Positions 11,121-22,616 of a DNA stretch of 64,000 nt are shown here, one piece after another (within the stretch, counting starts at the first letter, position 1; each line of letters begins with the position of its first letter). The DNA lies in contig QCPK01000003.1 of assembly GCA_003212555.1 (NCBI GenBank), forward strand, positions 3,677 to 67,676, read 5' to 3'. The notes beneath the pieces are model-generated. The model did no database searches and was not told where the DNA came from. It was given only the letters and a program-made list of their open reading frames with translations. The position numbers were made by a program, and so were the translations under genes. Source of the DNA: Prochlorococcus sp. AG-436-K22. GTDB lineage: Bacteria > Cyanobacteriota > Cyanobacteriia > PCC-6307 > Cyanobiaceae.

Positions 11121-11417
11121 TCAACTTCTACCAATATTATAAATAAAATCCTTAAACGCGGGAACATAAAAATAAAGAGCAGTTGCCAAAACAAGTAATA
11201 CATTCAGTCCTATCACAAGAGCCCCCAGTAAAACACGCGTTCTCTTTGTAGGAGTTTTATATTCAAACCCACCAACCTTAATAAGCACCTCACGACCTGA
11301 AGAGCTTGAGGTGGAATTGTCAGTCGAATTTCTTTTTTTAGATTTAGAGCTCTTCAAGAAGATTTCAGTATTTTTTGATTTGCTTGAATCTTCCGGAGGT
11401 GTCTTTCCCTTTCCCAT
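11121..11417 (-). CDS. Hypothetical protein with a C-terminal TM helix
   Basis: ATG at 11417 (MGKGKTPP); K/S-rich N-terminus and one TM helix. Confidence 0.65.
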   Translation of the reverse strand: MGKGKTPPEDSSKSKNTEIFLKSSKSKKRNSTDNSTSSSSGREVLIKVGGFEYKTPTKRTRVLLGALVIGLNVLLVLATALYFYVPAFKDFIYNIGRS

Positions 11418-11543
11418 TTGGTTAATGTAGTTTTCTACTATCAGAATTAGCAGCAAAAGGTATTGAAATTCATACAGAAGGGTAAAACTCAATAATTAAA
11501 TATTATCGCTAGGCCATTCAACCTTGAATTTAAATCAATGCAA

Positions 11544-11900
11544 TTACTCACAAAAATTATGTACTTCCTTCAAAGTAGTCAGATGAGACCGATTTTTGTG
11601 TTTATTGAGAATAACCATTATTAACTTTGATTCTAAGCCAAGCAGTCGTGTTTGGCATGAGTAATTTTCTTGAGAAGCACTCATTAATTGAAATTCCTCA
11701 ATTCCCTCTATTGCATTTAAGCAGGTCTGTCTTTCTCTAGAGTTGAAACATTCTTTAGACAAAGAAAGCAATAATTGAAAATCACCAGCTTGAACATGAG
11801 AGAAAAGCAACTGCATTAAACAAAGTAAAGCAGCAGAGATAAAAGAAAAGTCTGAGCTAAAAAACTTCTTTGAATTATCCTTAATCAATTTGCAGCTCAT
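11544..11900 (-). CDS. Hypothetical exported protein with Cys pairs
   Basis: Signal-like segment ending VQA; C-X8-C and CQTRLLGLES motif. Confidence 0.7.
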   Translation of the reverse strand: MSCKLIKDNSKKFFSSDFSFISAALLCLMQLLFSHVQAGDFQLLLSLSKECFNSRERQTCLNAIEGIEEFQLMSASQENYSCQTRLLGLESKLIMVILNKHKNRSHLTTLKEVHNFCE

Positions 11901-11918
11901 AGAGCAAATATAACAATA

Positions 11919-12848
11919 TTATCCTTTTACATTATTAAATACATTTAACAACTTGCTTTTGTTATTTTTTAATTCGGATAGCAACTCCAATAAAGATAAA
12001 TCTGAATTTTGACTAACAAGGTTAAGGCCTGCTGCTAATTTCCCGATTACTTGTGAAGGGTTAAGACCTTGAGATTGATAGAAAGATAATGAATCATCAT
12101 GATTTCTCTTTGAAAGCTTTATTCCTAATGGATTTAACAAAATAGGAACGTAGCGATAAGACACAGGCTTCTGGCCTAAAGCATCAAAGATTGCATTTTG
12201 GGAGTACATCTCTCCAACTAAATCATCTCCTCTTACTACTTCATTTATCCCTAGCATCAATTCATCTACAACAGTCGCCAAAGCATAGGAAACGATACCA
12301 TCTGATCTTCTCAAAATTATATCTCCGCAAAGAGAGGCAAAGTTGGTTCCAACCTTTAGTCTCAAGCTAGACCCATTGCCAATTTCATCAGGGAAAGGTT
12401 GATTCAGTTTTCTACATTTCCCTGAATAGATTAAAGGCCTATTAGAAGACAGCCTTTCTTTTTGAAGCATCTTCCTACTACATGAGCAGGGATATAGCAC
12501 TTTCCTGTTTCTAAGAGCAGCAATTACATCTTCATAGATATGGTTTCTTTTGCTCTGAAAGATAATTGGTTCGTCCCAATTTAGGCCTAACCAAAGCAAG
12601 TCATTTTTAATCTTTTCGACGGAGCCTGATTTATTTCTTGGTGTGTCAAGATCATCTATTCGTAAAATAAATTGGCCCGAAAAAACTCTGGCTCTTAACC
12701 AAGCGATTAAGGCCGTTCTTAGATTACCAAGGTGAAGATCACCTGAGGGGGTAGGTGCAAAACGCCCTCTATAGCCATCTTTGCTAAGGTGCTCTCCATA
12801 CTCAAAAGATTGAATAAGTTTTTCAGGAAAAGCTGGAAGGTATTTCAT
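11919..12848 (-). CDS. gluQ: Glutamyl-Q tRNA(Asp) synthetase
   Basis: RFAPTPSGDLHLGN (HIGH), RIDDLD, CSCSR, VVRGDDL, KLSKR; about 300 aa with no anticodon domain. Confidence 0.9.
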   Translation of the reverse strand: MKYLPAFPEKLIQSFEYGEHLSKDGYRGRFAPTPSGDLHLGNLRTALIAWLRARVFSGQFILRIDDLDTPRNKSGSVEKIKNDLLWLGLNWDEPIIFQSKRNHIYEDVIAALRNRKVLYPCSCSRKMLQKERLSSNRPLIYSGKCRKLNQPFPDEIGNGSSLRLKVGTNFASLCGDIILRRSDGIVSYALATVVDELMLGINEVVRGDDLVGEMYSQNAIFDALGQKPVSYRYVPILLNPLGIKLSKRNHDDSLSFYQSQGLNPSQVIGKLAAGLNLVSQNSDLSLLELLSELKNNKSKLLNVFNNVKG

Positions 12849-12854
12849 TAAAAA

Positions 12855-12883
12855 TTAGGGGCTCAGAAAAACTGAGTCCCTAA
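12855..12883 (-). terminator. Intrinsic terminator downstream of the HU gene
   Basis: TTAGGGGCTCAG-AAAAA-CTGAGTCCCTAA hairpin followed by a U-tract on the minus strand. Confidence 0.7.
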
Positions 12884-12924
12884 AAAGATTATGAATTAAA
12901 AGGAACTAATTCCTTAATGACTAA

Positions 12925-13206
12925 TTACTTGCCGCTCTGAACGCGATCCTTGAAAAGCTTACCGGCTGTAAAAGCAGGGACTCGTTTCGCTGGAATAGCA
13001 ATTTTTTCACCAGTTTTTGGGTTGAGTCCCTGACGTGCTGAACGGTCACGAGGTTCAAAAGAACCAAACCCAAGTATGGAGACTTTCTTATCATCCACAA
13101 CTGAGTCAACAATTGTTTCTATGGCAGCATCGACAACAAGTGCCACGTCTGTCTTAGTTAGCTCTGTACGAGCTGCAACCAAATTAACTAAATCTGCTTT
13201 GTTCAT
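12925..13206 (-). CDS. hup: DNA-binding protein HU
   Basis: MNKADLV...GFGSFEPRDRSARQGLNPKTGEKIAIPAKRVPAFTAGK; ATG at 13206. Confidence 0.96.
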   Translation of the reverse strand: MNKADLVNLVAARTELTKTDVALVVDAAIETIVDSVVDDKKVSILGFGSFEPRDRSARQGLNPKTGEKIAIPAKRVPAFTAGKLFKDRVQSGK

Positions 13207-13365
13207 TGGAAAAGTGTGTTGTAGCAGAGAGTGAATGAAAAAAGACTTTGAAAAAGCCAATCAAACAAACACTCGATCCCGCTAATCGTATGGAGCTAAA
13301 GCAATTCAGGCAATAGAAAAGTAAGTTGGTGCAAAGCTTTATACCCAAAACTTAAGGATCATTCA

Positions 13366-14001
13366 CTATTCTTCACTAGGCTTCCAAGCAATCCACGGCA
13401 GAAGCTTTTCATCACCCAGAAGATAAAGCTTTTGCCCAGAAGCTAGTAGGGGATAGTGTTCTCGGGGAAGCCAATTACGCAATTTTAACAAACTTTCCTG
13501 GTACATAGTCCAATGAAAAGTGCTTCGAGTGCGTATTGGAGCAATTTGATGATTTGAGCCTGGTGTTAACAAACGTCCACAGAACAGAACATTCCAAGGG
13601 GGTGGCACATGTAAAACGCAACTGCCAGGTGTTGGACCAGGGGTCCAAAGGATCCTAGCTCCTGAAGAAAGGGTGAGCTCTTCTGAAAAAACCACTAAAT
13701 TCTCAACATGAGGCAACAAGTACGCCTCTTGTTCCTGAACAATCAAAGGCCAACCAAGCTTTCTATTTAGGATAGAGGCGTCATGATGTGAATCTCGATT
13801 GGTCAAGACAACTTTTGGGCAAATCCCTCCTGAAAGCTCCCTCAAGTCATTAATAACTTCTTCCGTGGGTTTGGGACAATCAATTAAAATAGGTTCATTT
13901 TCAAGCCTTAAGAACCAAGAACACATAAGTAATGAGCCCTTCTCAGATGGGAATACCCAAAGCCAGTCCCTAACCTTCTTCACGGAAATACTCAAGTTCA
14001 C
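13366..14001 (-). CDS. Metallo-beta-lactamase-fold protein with a degenerate metal motif
   Basis: ILIDCP, LTNRDSHHD, WTPGPTPGSCVL, LFCGRLL. Confidence 0.75.
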   Translation of the reverse strand: MNLSISVKKVRDWLWVFPSEKGSLLMCSWFLRLENEPILIDCPKPTEEVINDLRELSGGICPKVVLTNRDSHHDASILNRKLGWPLIVQEQEAYLLPHVENLVVFSEELTLSSGARILWTPGPTPGSCVLHVPPPWNVLFCGRLLTPGSNHQIAPIRTRSTFHWTMYQESLLKLRNWLPREHYPLLASGQKLYLLGDEKLLPWIAWKPSEE

Positions 14002-14086
14002 TGAAAAATAGAAGAATGAAGTTGCTAAAAACGACTATTGCATTAGCTTTGAAAGAATGCTCATTGTAAAAGAATAAAAATCATCA

Positions 14087-16147
14087 GTGCGAAAAATCAA
14101 CATTGGCACTGCTTACCCTCTTGGGAGTTCAGTAACTGAGAGAGGTGTTAATTTCTCAGTTACTGCGCCTGCTGCGACTGAATTGGAGCTTTTATTATTT
14201 GAAGACGAAAATGATATTAACCCTAGTGAAACAATCAAATTTAGCCATGAAAACAAATCTGGAGATTTCTGGCATATTGAAATTGAAGGGTTAAAGATAG
14301 GTTGTCTTTACGCATATAGAATTAAGAATCATGGAGAAGATATAGGTCAGAACAGCTCTAAATGCAAAAAAATATTATTAGACCCATGTACAAGGGCAAT
14401 TGTAGGTTGGGACATTTTCAAAAGGAATTCATCCAACAGTAAAAATGCCTATCTAAAAGCTGTTGTTACAGAAAGAAAGAGTTTCAACTTTCACGATCAC
14501 CCTCGTCCGAGACATAGATGGAATAAAACAATTATTTATGAGCTTCATGTAGGCGGATTTACGAAAAATCCAGCTTCAGGTTTAAGTGATAAAAAAAAAG
14601 GAACATTTGTTGGCCTTATTGAAAAAATACCTTATCTAAAAGATCTCGGCATAACAGCAATTGAATTGCTTCCTATCTTCACATTTGATCCATCAGACTC
14701 ACCCTTCGGCCTGAAAAACTACTGGGGTTATAGCCCATTAAATTGGTTTACGCCGCATCATAGCTACATATCAAAAGAGACTACTCTCTCAGCAAGAGAT
14801 CAGTTCAGAAAACTTGTTGAAGCCTGTCATGACAATGACATAGAATTAATTTTAGATGTTGTTTTCAACCACACAACTGAGGGGGATCATAATGGGCCCA
14901 TTATCAGTTGGAAAGGTTTTGGAGAATCTGTCTACTACCACAAAAATGAGCAGGGTGAATTCTTAGATGTAACTGGATGTGGCAATACAATTGCAGCAAA
15001 TAATCCATTAGTAAGACAATTAATACTGGAATCCATGAGGTGTTGGTCCTACGAACTTGGCGTTGATGGATTTCGTTTTGACTTAGGAGTTGCATTAAGC
15101 AGGGGCAAAGATTTAGCACCTCTTGATTCACCACCAATTTTCGAAGAAATTGAATCAGATCCTTTATTAAGTGAACTAAAGCTGATAAGTGAGCCTTGGG
15201 ACTGCGGTGGACTTTATAGGCTATCTGATTTCCCAGCCAAAAGAATAAGTACTTGGAATGGACACTTTAGAGATGATCTGCGACGTTTCTGGAAAGGAGA
15301 TAAAAATAGTACATGGCCTTTAAAAGATAGACTTTTAGGAAGTCCTCTTATTTACAAAGACAATAAAAACTCTGTTGCAAAATCTATTAATTTTATAACT
15401 TCACATGATGGCTTTACATTAATTGACCTCCTAAGTTTTAATAAAAAGCATAACCTTTCTAATGGAGAAAATAATCGCGATGGTGAAAATTATAATAACA
15501 GTTGGAACCATGGCGTAGAAGGTCCTAGTACAAAAGAGAGTTTAAATAATATTAGGAAAAGGCAGCAAAGAAATCTATTATCAAGCCTACTACTTTCGCC
15601 AGGCATTCCAATGCTTTTGATGGGTGATGAAGTAGGCAGAAGTCAAGGTGGAAATAACAACTCTTGGTGTCAAGATACATCTCTTGGATGGATGATCTGG
15701 GACGTCGATGATTGTGATAACGAGTTAAAAAACTTCTTAAAGAAAATTATACGCATTAGGAAAGATTTATCAGGTTTATTTAGTCCAGAGACAACGCCAG
15801 TTTCTGAGCCTTCCCTACCTTATAATTCCCAAGAATTATGGATTCAATGGCATGGTGTAAAAGTGAATTCCCCAGATTGGAGCAGTTGGTCACATACAAT
15901 TAGCTATAGCATTAACCAAGGCAGAAAAGGCTCTGTAATATGGCTTGGATTAAATGGATATGATCAATCAATGCAATTCGAATTACCTGAATCAACATCA
16001 AGCTGGATGAAAATAATTGACACTTCTTTAATAAAAGAAAAAGAAATTGGACCGAAACATATTTCTAATCAAGATGAAATACAAATAGAAAGTAGAAGTC
16101 TTGTTTTAATCGTTTCAAAAGACTTCTACCAACATTCCACAGCCTAA
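14087..16147 (+). CDS. glgX: Glycogen debranching enzyme (isoamylase)
   Basis: NYWGYSP, DVVFNHT, GVDGFRFDLG, EPWD, NFITSHDGFTL, QGGNNNSWCQD. Confidence 0.95.
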   Translation: MRKINIGTAYPLGSSVTERGVNFSVTAPAATELELLLFEDENDINPSETIKFSHENKSGDFWHIEIEGLKIGCLYAYRIKNHGEDIGQNSSKCKKILLDPCTRAIVGWDIFKRNSSNSKNAYLKAVVTERKSFNFHDHPRPRHRWNKTIIYELHVGGFTKNPASGLSDKKKGTFVGLIEKIPYLKDLGITAIELLPIFTFDPSDSPFGLKNYWGYSPLNWFTPHHSYISKETTLSARDQFRKLVEACHDNDIELILDVVFNHTTEGDHNGPIISWKGFGESVYYHKNEQGEFLDVTGCGNTIAANNPLVRQLILESMRCWSYELGVDGFRFDLGVALSRGKDLAPLDSPPIFEEIESDPLLSELKLISEPWDCGGLYRLSDFPAKRISTWNGHFRDDLRRFWKGDKNSTWPLKDRLLGSPLIYKDNKNSVAKSINFITSHDGFTLIDLLSFNKKHNLSNGENNRDGENYNNSWNHGVEGPSTKESLNNIRKRQQRNLLSSLLLSPGIPMLLMGDEVGRSQGGNNNSWCQDTSLGWMIWDVDDCDNELKNFLKKIIRIRKDLSGLFSPETTPVSEPSLPYNSQELWIQWHGVKVNSPDWSSWSHTISYSINQGRKGSVIWLGLNGYDQSMQFELPESTSSWMKIIDTSLIKEKEIGPKHISNQDEIQIESRSLVLIVSKDFYQHSTA

Positions 16148-16159
16148 AATGAATCACTA

Positions 16160-16230
<71 letters not shown>

Positions 16231-16302
16231 GCTAAGCACTAAAGATAACCAGTTCAATCATAGGATCTGAAGTTTGTCTTAGCACTACTACATTATTACC
16301 TC

Positions 16303-17724
16303 GTGCAACCCAATTTAACGAGACAATCTAAAAGCAAGGCCTTAAGTAATGCTGGACGAAGAAGGTTGATGCTTGCTTATGGCTTAGGTGATGCTGGGAC
16401 TGGCCTTGCTGCTTCTCAGCTAGGGTTCTATTTATTTGCCTTTTTCACTAGTGCAGCAGGCTTGCCTGCCTTTATAGCAGGGTCTTTACTAATGGTAATA
16501 AAAATTTGGGACGCAATAAACGATCCTCTTATTGGATGGCTAAGTGATCATACAAAATCAAAGTGGGGGCCTAGGCTTCCCTGGATGATGGTAGGTTCTG
16601 TTCCACTTGGGATTAGTCTTGCAGCTATTTGGTGGGTTCCATCTGGAGGAACATCTGAAAAAGTTCTTTATTACGTAGGGATAGCCCTTCTACTGATGAC
16701 TGCTTATACAAGTGTAAACCTTCCATTTGCAGCCCTAGCAACTGAGATAACAGAAGAAACCTCTATTAGGACTCGATTAAATGCAGCTAGGTTTACAGGT
16801 TCAATACTAGCCTCATTGAGTGGTCTTATAGTTGCAGCTTGGCTTTTGTCTTCAGGTAAAAATGGTTTTGTTCAAATGGGTCGAATTACTGGGCTAGTAG
16901 CAACTTTTGCGACTTTAGTTTCGTGCTGGGGTTTGGCTCCATTTGCTAAGAAAGCAAGAAAACCAAGACTTCATGCAGAACCTCTTAATCTCCAAATAAA
17001 AAGAATATTTAATAACAATCGTTTTATTAAAATAATCTGTCTTTATTTAATGCTTTGGTGTTCCCTTCAATTAATGCAGACTGTCTCACTAATTTATTTA
17101 GAGCAAGTCATAAATGTGCCAAATCAAATTTCAAAGTGGATTCCAATACCTTTTCAAATCAATGCTCTTATTGGTCTCCAATATTGGAGTTTTTATTCAA
17201 ATAGGCATGGAAGAATAAAGGCACTTTCAAAAGGGGTTCTTATATGGATTATCGCCTGTATAATCTTAACTTTTTTCCCTCCCTTAAAGGCAGGAATAAG
17301 TATAGATAGCTTATTAAATTTTAGTAGCTTAGAGTCATTAAAAATAGCTTTACTTATAACAATTATTATGCTCCTAGGGTTTGGAGCATCAACCGCTTAT
17401 CTAATCCCTTGGTCATTGCTTCCAGATGCTATAGATGCTGATCCAGACAAGCCAGCAGGAATATACACAGCATGGATGGTTTTAGTGCAAAAAATAGGTA
17501 TTGGTCTCAGTGTCCAATTACTTGGTCTTCTACTAAGTTTTGCTGGTTATAAGTCATCAAGCAATTGCATAGATCTTGTTAACTGCTCAGAACAGTCAGC
17601 AAGTGCATTAACAACTATTCGTATATGCATGGGAATAATCCCTTCATTATTAACTGCTTTAGGCTTAATGATAATGAAAAACTGGGTTGGGCTTAAACCT
17701 AACAATCTGATCAAAACTACATGA
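16303..17724 (+). CDS. MFS transporter, GPH (MelB-like) family
   Basis: AYGLGD, WDAINDPLIGWLSD.TKSKWGPRLPW, PWSLLPDAID; about 12 TM; may start at ATG 16369. Confidence 0.9.
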   Translation: MQPNLTRQSKSKALSNAGRRRLMLAYGLGDAGTGLAASQLGFYLFAFFTSAAGLPAFIAGSLLMVIKIWDAINDPLIGWLSDHTKSKWGPRLPWMMVGSVPLGISLAAIWWVPSGGTSEKVLYYVGIALLLMTAYTSVNLPFAALATEITEETSIRTRLNAARFTGSILASLSGLIVAAWLLSSGKNGFVQMGRITGLVATFATLVSCWGLAPFAKKARKPRLHAEPLNLQIKRIFNNNRFIKIICLYLMLWCSLQLMQTVSLIYLEQVINVPNQISKWIPIPFQINALIGLQYWSFYSNRHGRIKALSKGVLIWIIACIILTFFPPLKAGISIDSLLNFSSLESLKIALLITIIMLLGFGASTAYLIPWSLLPDAIDADPDKPAGIYTAWMVLVQKIGIGLSVQLLGLLLSFAGYKSSSNCIDLVNCSEQSASALTTIRICMGIIPSLLTALGLMIMKNWVGLKPNNLIKTT

Positions 17725-18467
17725 AGACTCCTCGCTGGATCAAAAGACTTGGTAGTAGCTTAATTATAGGTGGGCAAGCTGTCACTGCTGCTGCAAAGGG
17801 ACACTTCAATGCTTCAGACCTAACTGATCAGCTGATGGAAGCAGGTCCAGCAAGTTTCCTTATTGTTCTGATTACAGGGGTCTCAGCGGGGACTGTCTTC
17901 AATATCCAGGTCGCAGCAGAATTAAGCAAACAAGGGCTTGGCTCGGAAGTAGGAGGTCTGCTTGCAATCGGATTAGCAAGAGAAATTGCACCACTGCTAA
18001 CTGCAACCCTTCTTACAGGGAAAGTAGCAACAGCATATGCAGCACAACTTGGCACCATGAAAGTTACTGAGCAAATTGATGCAATAACAATGTTAAAGAC
18101 TGATCCTGTGGAATACCTTGTAGTCCCTAGACTAATAGCAATGATTGTAATGGCACCTTTGCAGTGCTTACTCTTTTTTTCCGTAGCCTTATGGAGTGGT
18201 CAAGTTAGCAGTACTGCTTTCTACAGTATTCCTCCAAATATTTTTTGGAATTCTGTTAAAAGCTGGATTGCCATAAGCGACCTACCTTTCATGCTTATTA
18301 AGGCTGTTGTATTTGGTCTCCAAATTGCAGTAATAGCATGTGGCTGGGGACTTACTACTAGAGGTGGAGCAAAAGAAGTGGGCACGAGCACTACTGGTGC
18401 TGTAGTAATGACACTCCTCACTGTCTCCCTTATGGATGTTGTTTTAACTAAAGTTTTATTTGGCTAA
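17721..18467 (+). CDS. mlaE: MlaE/TGD1-family lipid ABC transporter permease
   Basis: REIAPLLTA, AQLGTMKVTEQIDA...DPVEYLVVPR, GGAKEVGTSTT.AVV. Confidence 0.9.
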   Translation: MKTPRWIKRLGSSLIIGGQAVTAAAKGHFNASDLTDQLMEAGPASFLIVLITGVSAGTVFNIQVAAELSKQGLGSEVGGLLAIGLAREIAPLLTATLLTGKVATAYAAQLGTMKVTEQIDAITMLKTDPVEYLVVPRLIAMIVMAPLQCLLFFSVALWSGQVSSTAFYSIPPNIFWNSVKSWIAISDLPFMLIKAVVFGLQIAVIACGWGLTTRGGAKEVGTSTTGAVVMTLLTVSLMDVVLTKVLFG

Positions 18468-18472
18468 TTACT

Positions 18473-18880
18473 ATGAGTTCTTCATCAAGCAAAGACACCT
18501 CTGACGAGGTAATATTAAAACCAATGTATAGATTGCCTATACTAATCATATTAACTGGCCTGGTTATTTTATTAATACCTACAACCAAATGGATTGCTCT
18601 AACTATAAGTATATTTGGCGTATTTCTACTAATTCAGTCATTAACTCTTAAGTTAAAATTCACATCAAAGGATCTAATTGTTTTACAATTAGGCAAAGAG
18701 ATAAGGTGTTTTCCATATGAACAATGGCTCGCTTGGAGAATCTTCTTTCCTAAATTACCCGGAATACTTTACTTTAGAGAAACAGCAAGCCCTCACTTAT
18801 TACCAATTCTATTTGACGAAGAAATGCTTGAAAGCCAGTTAAGGGAACGTGTTGGCTCTCTCGAAATAAGAAACGAATAA
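18473..18880 (+). CDS. DUF3119 family membrane protein
   Basis: FPY.QW..WR.F, LYFRET.SPHLLPILFD. Confidence 0.85.
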   Translation: MSSSSSKDTSDEVILKPMYRLPILIILTGLVILLIPTTKWIALTISIFGVFLLIQSLTLKLKFTSKDLIVLQLGKEIRCFPYEQWLAWRIFFPKLPGILYFRETASPHLLPILFDEEMLESQLRERVGSLEIRNE

Positions 18881-18923
18881 ATTTAAGTTTTAGCAATCTT
18901 ACCTTTTTACTGAAATTCAAATA

Positions 18924-19952
18924 ATGACTGAAGCTGATCTCTCCAAGAACCATGAATCCCAAGCAGACCCAAATAATCAAGACTCAAAAGCCGTAAAAGA
19001 CGAAGATAATAAAGTGGCGACTTTGTTATCTCAACAAGACAACAAAGTTACTAATCAGAGTTCCAATATAGATCCATCTAACGAGATCTTGCGACTTGCT
19101 TTAAAAGATCTACAAGAAAAACGGTATCGCTTAGAGCAAGACATAGAAACGCTAGAGAAGAGGAAGCAAGCTGTAGAGCAAGAGATTTCAGCAACTTTCT
19201 CAGGACAATCAGATTCTATTGCAAGACGAGTTAAAGGTTTTCAAGAATATTTAGCTGGTGCCCTTCAGGATTTAAGCAACTCAGTAGAACAACTTGACCT
19301 AATAGCAAAACCGGTAATAGTCACGCCCTCTCCTCTTGATCAAACTAAAACCAAAGAAGCCGAAGAAGAAAAAAAAGAAGAACTAATTGTTTCTAGTTCG
19401 GCAATAGCAGATACATTTAAACCCGACAAGGACTTAATTCTTCAACTGCTCGGTCAATACTTACAAGGTCCAGATTACTATGCAGATCCATGGAAATTTA
19501 GAAGGAGTTTAGAACCTCAAGATGCAGAAATTTTGGAAGATTGGTTTTTTAATATGGGAGGGAGAGGGGCCCAACCTAGTAGAGGGAATAGGCCACGAAA
19601 TGTTCTCATATCAGCCGCATTAATTGCAATCCTGGGTGAATTGTATGGAGACCGATTTCAGGCACTTGTACTAGCCAGCCAACCAGAACGATTAGGAGAA
19701 TGGCGACGAGGTCTTCAAGATGCTTTAGGACTAAATAGAGAAGACTTTGGACCTAACAGCGGGGTTGTACTTTTTGAAAGATCAGAGCCGCTGATTGAAA
19801 GAGCAGATCGCTTAGAAGCAGCAAATGAAGTGCCCTTAATTCTTATAGATGCTTCAGAACAAAGCATTGAAATACCTATCCTTCAATTCCCTATATGGCT
19901 TACGTTTGCAGCAACTCCTGATGAACTTTATATTGAAGAAGAATTGATTTAA
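18924..19952 (+). CDS. DUF3086 family protein
   Basis: Coiled coil; [45 protein letters not shown]. Confidence 0.85.
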   Translation: MTEADLSKNHESQADPNNQDSKAVKDEDNKVATLLSQQDNKVTNQSSNIDPSNEILRLALKDLQEKRYRLEQDIETLEKRKQAVEQEISATFSGQSDSIARRVKGFQEYLAGALQDLSNSVEQLDLIAKPVIVTPSPLDQTKTKEAEEEKKEELIVSSSAIADTFKPDKDLILQLLGQYLQGPDYYADPWKFRRSLEPQDAEILEDWFFNMGGRGAQPSRGNRPRNVLISAALIAILGELYGDRFQALVLASQPERLGEWRRGLQDALGLNREDFGPNSGVVLFERSEPLIERADRLEAANEVPLILIDASEQSIEIPILQFPIWLTFAATPDELYIEEELI

Positions 19953-19986
19953 TGAGGCAAAGACAATTACTATAAAACTTCTTTTA

Positions 19987-20568
19987 TTGTTCATTAGTTA
20001 TTTTCTTGGATCTATTCCAAGTGGATATCTTGCTGGGAAATGGATATCTGGAATAGACCTTAGAGAGAAAGGTTCTGGATCTACTGGTGCGACAAATGTC
20101 TTAAGGTATGTTGGCAAGATCCCTGCCTTAATTGTTTTCTTATTAGATGTTGGCAAAGGCACGGCGGCGATAATCTTATCTAAAGTATTTCTCTTAGATC
20201 AGAACTGGCAAGTAATTGCAGGTCTTGCTGCTATAACAGGGCATATCTGGCCAATTTGGTTAAAAGGTAAAGGAGGGAAAGCTGTAGCTACTGGACTTGG
20301 AATATTTCTAGGAATCTCATGGAAAGTTGGGCTTGGATCTTTAGGGATATTTCTTATTATTTTAAGTATTTGGAAAATAGTTTCTTTATCGAGTATTTGT
20401 GCTGCAATCAGTCTCCCAATAATAATGGCTTTTGCTTTAGGAGATAACTTATCTATTTCTTATTTACTAATTAGTCTAATTGCAATGACACTTGTTCTAT
20501 GGAGACATCGAACAAATTTCATGAGATTAATTAATGGAGAAGAGCCAAAGATAGGCAATAGAAATTAG
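19987..20568 (+). CDS. plsY: Glycerol-3-phosphate acyltransferase PlsY
   Basis: [35 protein letters not shown]. Confidence 0.95.
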   Translation: MFISYFLGSIPSGYLAGKWISGIDLREKGSGSTGATNVLRYVGKIPALIVFLLDVGKGTAAIILSKVFLLDQNWQVIAGLAAITGHIWPIWLKGKGGKAVATGLGIFLGISWKVGLGSLGIFLIILSIWKIVSLSSICAAISLPIIMAFALGDNLSISYLLISLIAMTLVLWRHRTNFMRLINGEEPKIGNRN

Positions 20569-21305
20569 TTATTGAGAATCTCAGAACATATTCGCCTAAA
20601 AACCTTGTCAGGGTCACTTGCTCTAGTTATTTCTCTTCCTATTACTATTTTTGATGATCCCGCATTTAAAGCTTTATATGGAGTCATGACTCTTACTTGG
20701 TCATCTAAGTTCACACCTAAAGACCGTATTCCTGGTGTGATTAATTGAAAAGGTTCTGGGAAAGAATTACGTAGTTGATTTACTTCCATTGGGGAGCAAA
20801 CACATCCTCCAATACCTGCTTCAAAAGCTAGTTGCGCTAAAGAACTAACTCTTTCACTTAATGTTTGATTAATAGAGAGTTCTTGAACAAACCCTTCTTG
20901 ATCCCAGCTAGTCAAAACTGTAACTGCAAGAAGAGTCGGAGGATGAAGTCCTGCATCTTTTGCACCTTTAATCGCTGATTGATTTGATTCTCGCAATCCT
21001 TTAATACCAGCGGAGGCATGGACAGTGATCAATTCCGCGCCTGTTTGTGCTGCTCGATAGCAAGCTTTTGCCATTGTGATAGGAATATCATGAAACTTAA
21101 GATCCAAAAAAACCTTTTTATCTAAGTTCCTTAATTTATAAATAACTTCAGGTCCCAAAAGAGTAAAAAGTTCCAGTCCTACTTTGACCCAGACTAAATC
21201 TGGGAGTCTGTCAAGAAGGCAGAGCATCTCAACCTCACTCATCTGATCAAGAGCAAGAATTAGTTTTTCTTCAGGCTTAAATGAAAAGATCATTGAATCA
21301 ATCAA
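20565..21305 (-). CDS. pyrF: Orotidine-5'-phosphate decarboxylase
   Basis: [33 protein letters not shown]. Confidence 0.96.
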   Translation of the reverse strand: MIDSMIFSFKPEEKLILALDQMSEVEMLCLLDRLPDLVWVKVGLELFTLLGPEVIYKLRNLDKKVFLDLKFHDIPITMAKACYRAAQTGAELITVHASAGIKGLRESNQSAIKGAKDAGLHPPTLLAVTVLTSWDQEGFVQELSINQTLSERVSSLAQLAFEAGIGGCVCSPMEVNQLRNSFPEPFQLITPGIRSLGVNLDDQVRVMTPYKALNAGSSKIVIGREITRASDPDKVFRRICSEILNN

Positions 21306-21316
21306 CTAATGGAAAA

Positions 21317-22570
21317 TTACTTAGATAATCTTCGGAAAATCTTTTTCCCTAATTGCAATACCTTTCCAACAAGCTCTTTATTCTCTGAAAATTGAAAATT
21401 TGGATCAATGATTTTTTCTCCATTTAAGCGAACTCCCCCACCTTGTATTTTTCTTCTTGCATCACTACTGCTAGGACATAATCCCAAAGAACTCAACAAA
21501 TAAAAGGCTTTAACTGGGAATTTAATTTTTGCAAGAGAAAGTTCAGGGACAGCCTCGGCTTTATTTTGAACACCTGCGACAAGACTTGATGAATCTGCTT
21601 GAGCAATCTCCGCTAAAGACAAGCCATGAAATTTTGCTGTAACAGTCAAAGCCATAAACTTCTGAAGTTCTCTAGGGTTATCGCTAAGAGTGCTTAAATC
21701 ACAATCAGTTAGCAAAGTCAGGTAATTAAGAATTTGAGTGTCTGGAACTTTTTCTAATTTTGAATACATTGAAAGAGCATCTTCAGAGAGGCCAACAGTA
21801 TTACCTATACTTTTACTCATTTTCTGAATACCATCTAACCCAACAAGAATCGGAAGCAATAATCCAAATTGAGGGTTTTGATCAAAATGACGCTGCATAT
21901 CTCTTCCCATCGCTACATTAAATTTTTGATCTACTCCTCCAAGCTCAATATCTGCCTCAACCGCAACAGAATCATAGCCTTGAAATAATGGATATAAAAA
22001 CTCATGCAAAGCTATAGATGTGCCAGAGGAGTAACGATTAGCGAATTCTTCTTTGGCAAGCATTTGACCAACAGTTGACTTACTTAAAAGATTAATAATT
22101 TTTGCCATATCAAAATCTTCCAGCCATTCACTATTTTTTCTAATTTCAAGTCGCCCTTTAGTCTCAAAATCTAAGAGGGAAATATCCTTTGACTTGCCAT
22201 AGCCCAATTGTTCAAGATATGTCTTTGCATTAGCCTCAACCTCTCCAGAAGATAATTGAACACGTGTTTTATTTTTTCCAGTTGGGTCACCAATTCTGGC
22301 TGTAAAATCACCGATAATCAATACAGCTGTATGTCCTGCATCTTGAAAGGCTCTTAACTTTCGAAAAATGATGCTATGACCCAAATGAATATCAGAGCCA
22401 GTTGGATCAATCCCAAGCTTCACCCTAAGTGGCCTATTAAGACTAGAAGCCTCAGAAAGTTTCAACGCTAGATTCTGATTTGGATCTAGGCTTGAATCTC
22501 CAGCCAATGGAAATAAGTCTTCTATCCCTCGTGAAAGCCAATCTGGCAAAGAAGAAAATAGATCAGACAT
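21317..22570 (-). CDS. tyrS: Tyrosine--tRNA ligase
   Basis: [35 protein letters not shown] and a C-terminal S4 domain. Confidence 0.97.
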   Translation of the reverse strand: MSDLFSSLPDWLSRGIEDLFPLAGDSSLDPNQNLALKLSEASSLNRPLRVKLGIDPTGSDIHLGHSIIFRKLRAFQDAGHTAVLIIGDFTARIGDPTGKNKTRVQLSSGEVEANAKTYLEQLGYGKSKDISLLDFETKGRLEIRKNSEWLEDFDMAKIINLLSKSTVGQMLAKEEFANRYSSGTSIALHEFLYPLFQGYDSVAVEADIELGGVDQKFNVAMGRDMQRHFDQNPQFGLLLPILVGLDGIQKMSKSIGNTVGLSEDALSMYSKLEKVPDTQILNYLTLLTDCDLSTLSDNPRELQKFMALTVTAKFHGLSLAEIAQADSSSLVAGVQNKAEAVPELSLAKIKFPVKAFYLLSSLGLCPSSSDARRKIQGGGVRLNGEKIIDPNFQFSENKELVGKVLQLGKKIFRRLSK

Positions 22571-22616
22571 AAGAATCTTCTCGAACCAAATGAGCTGTTA
22601 TAGATAAAAACACTAT

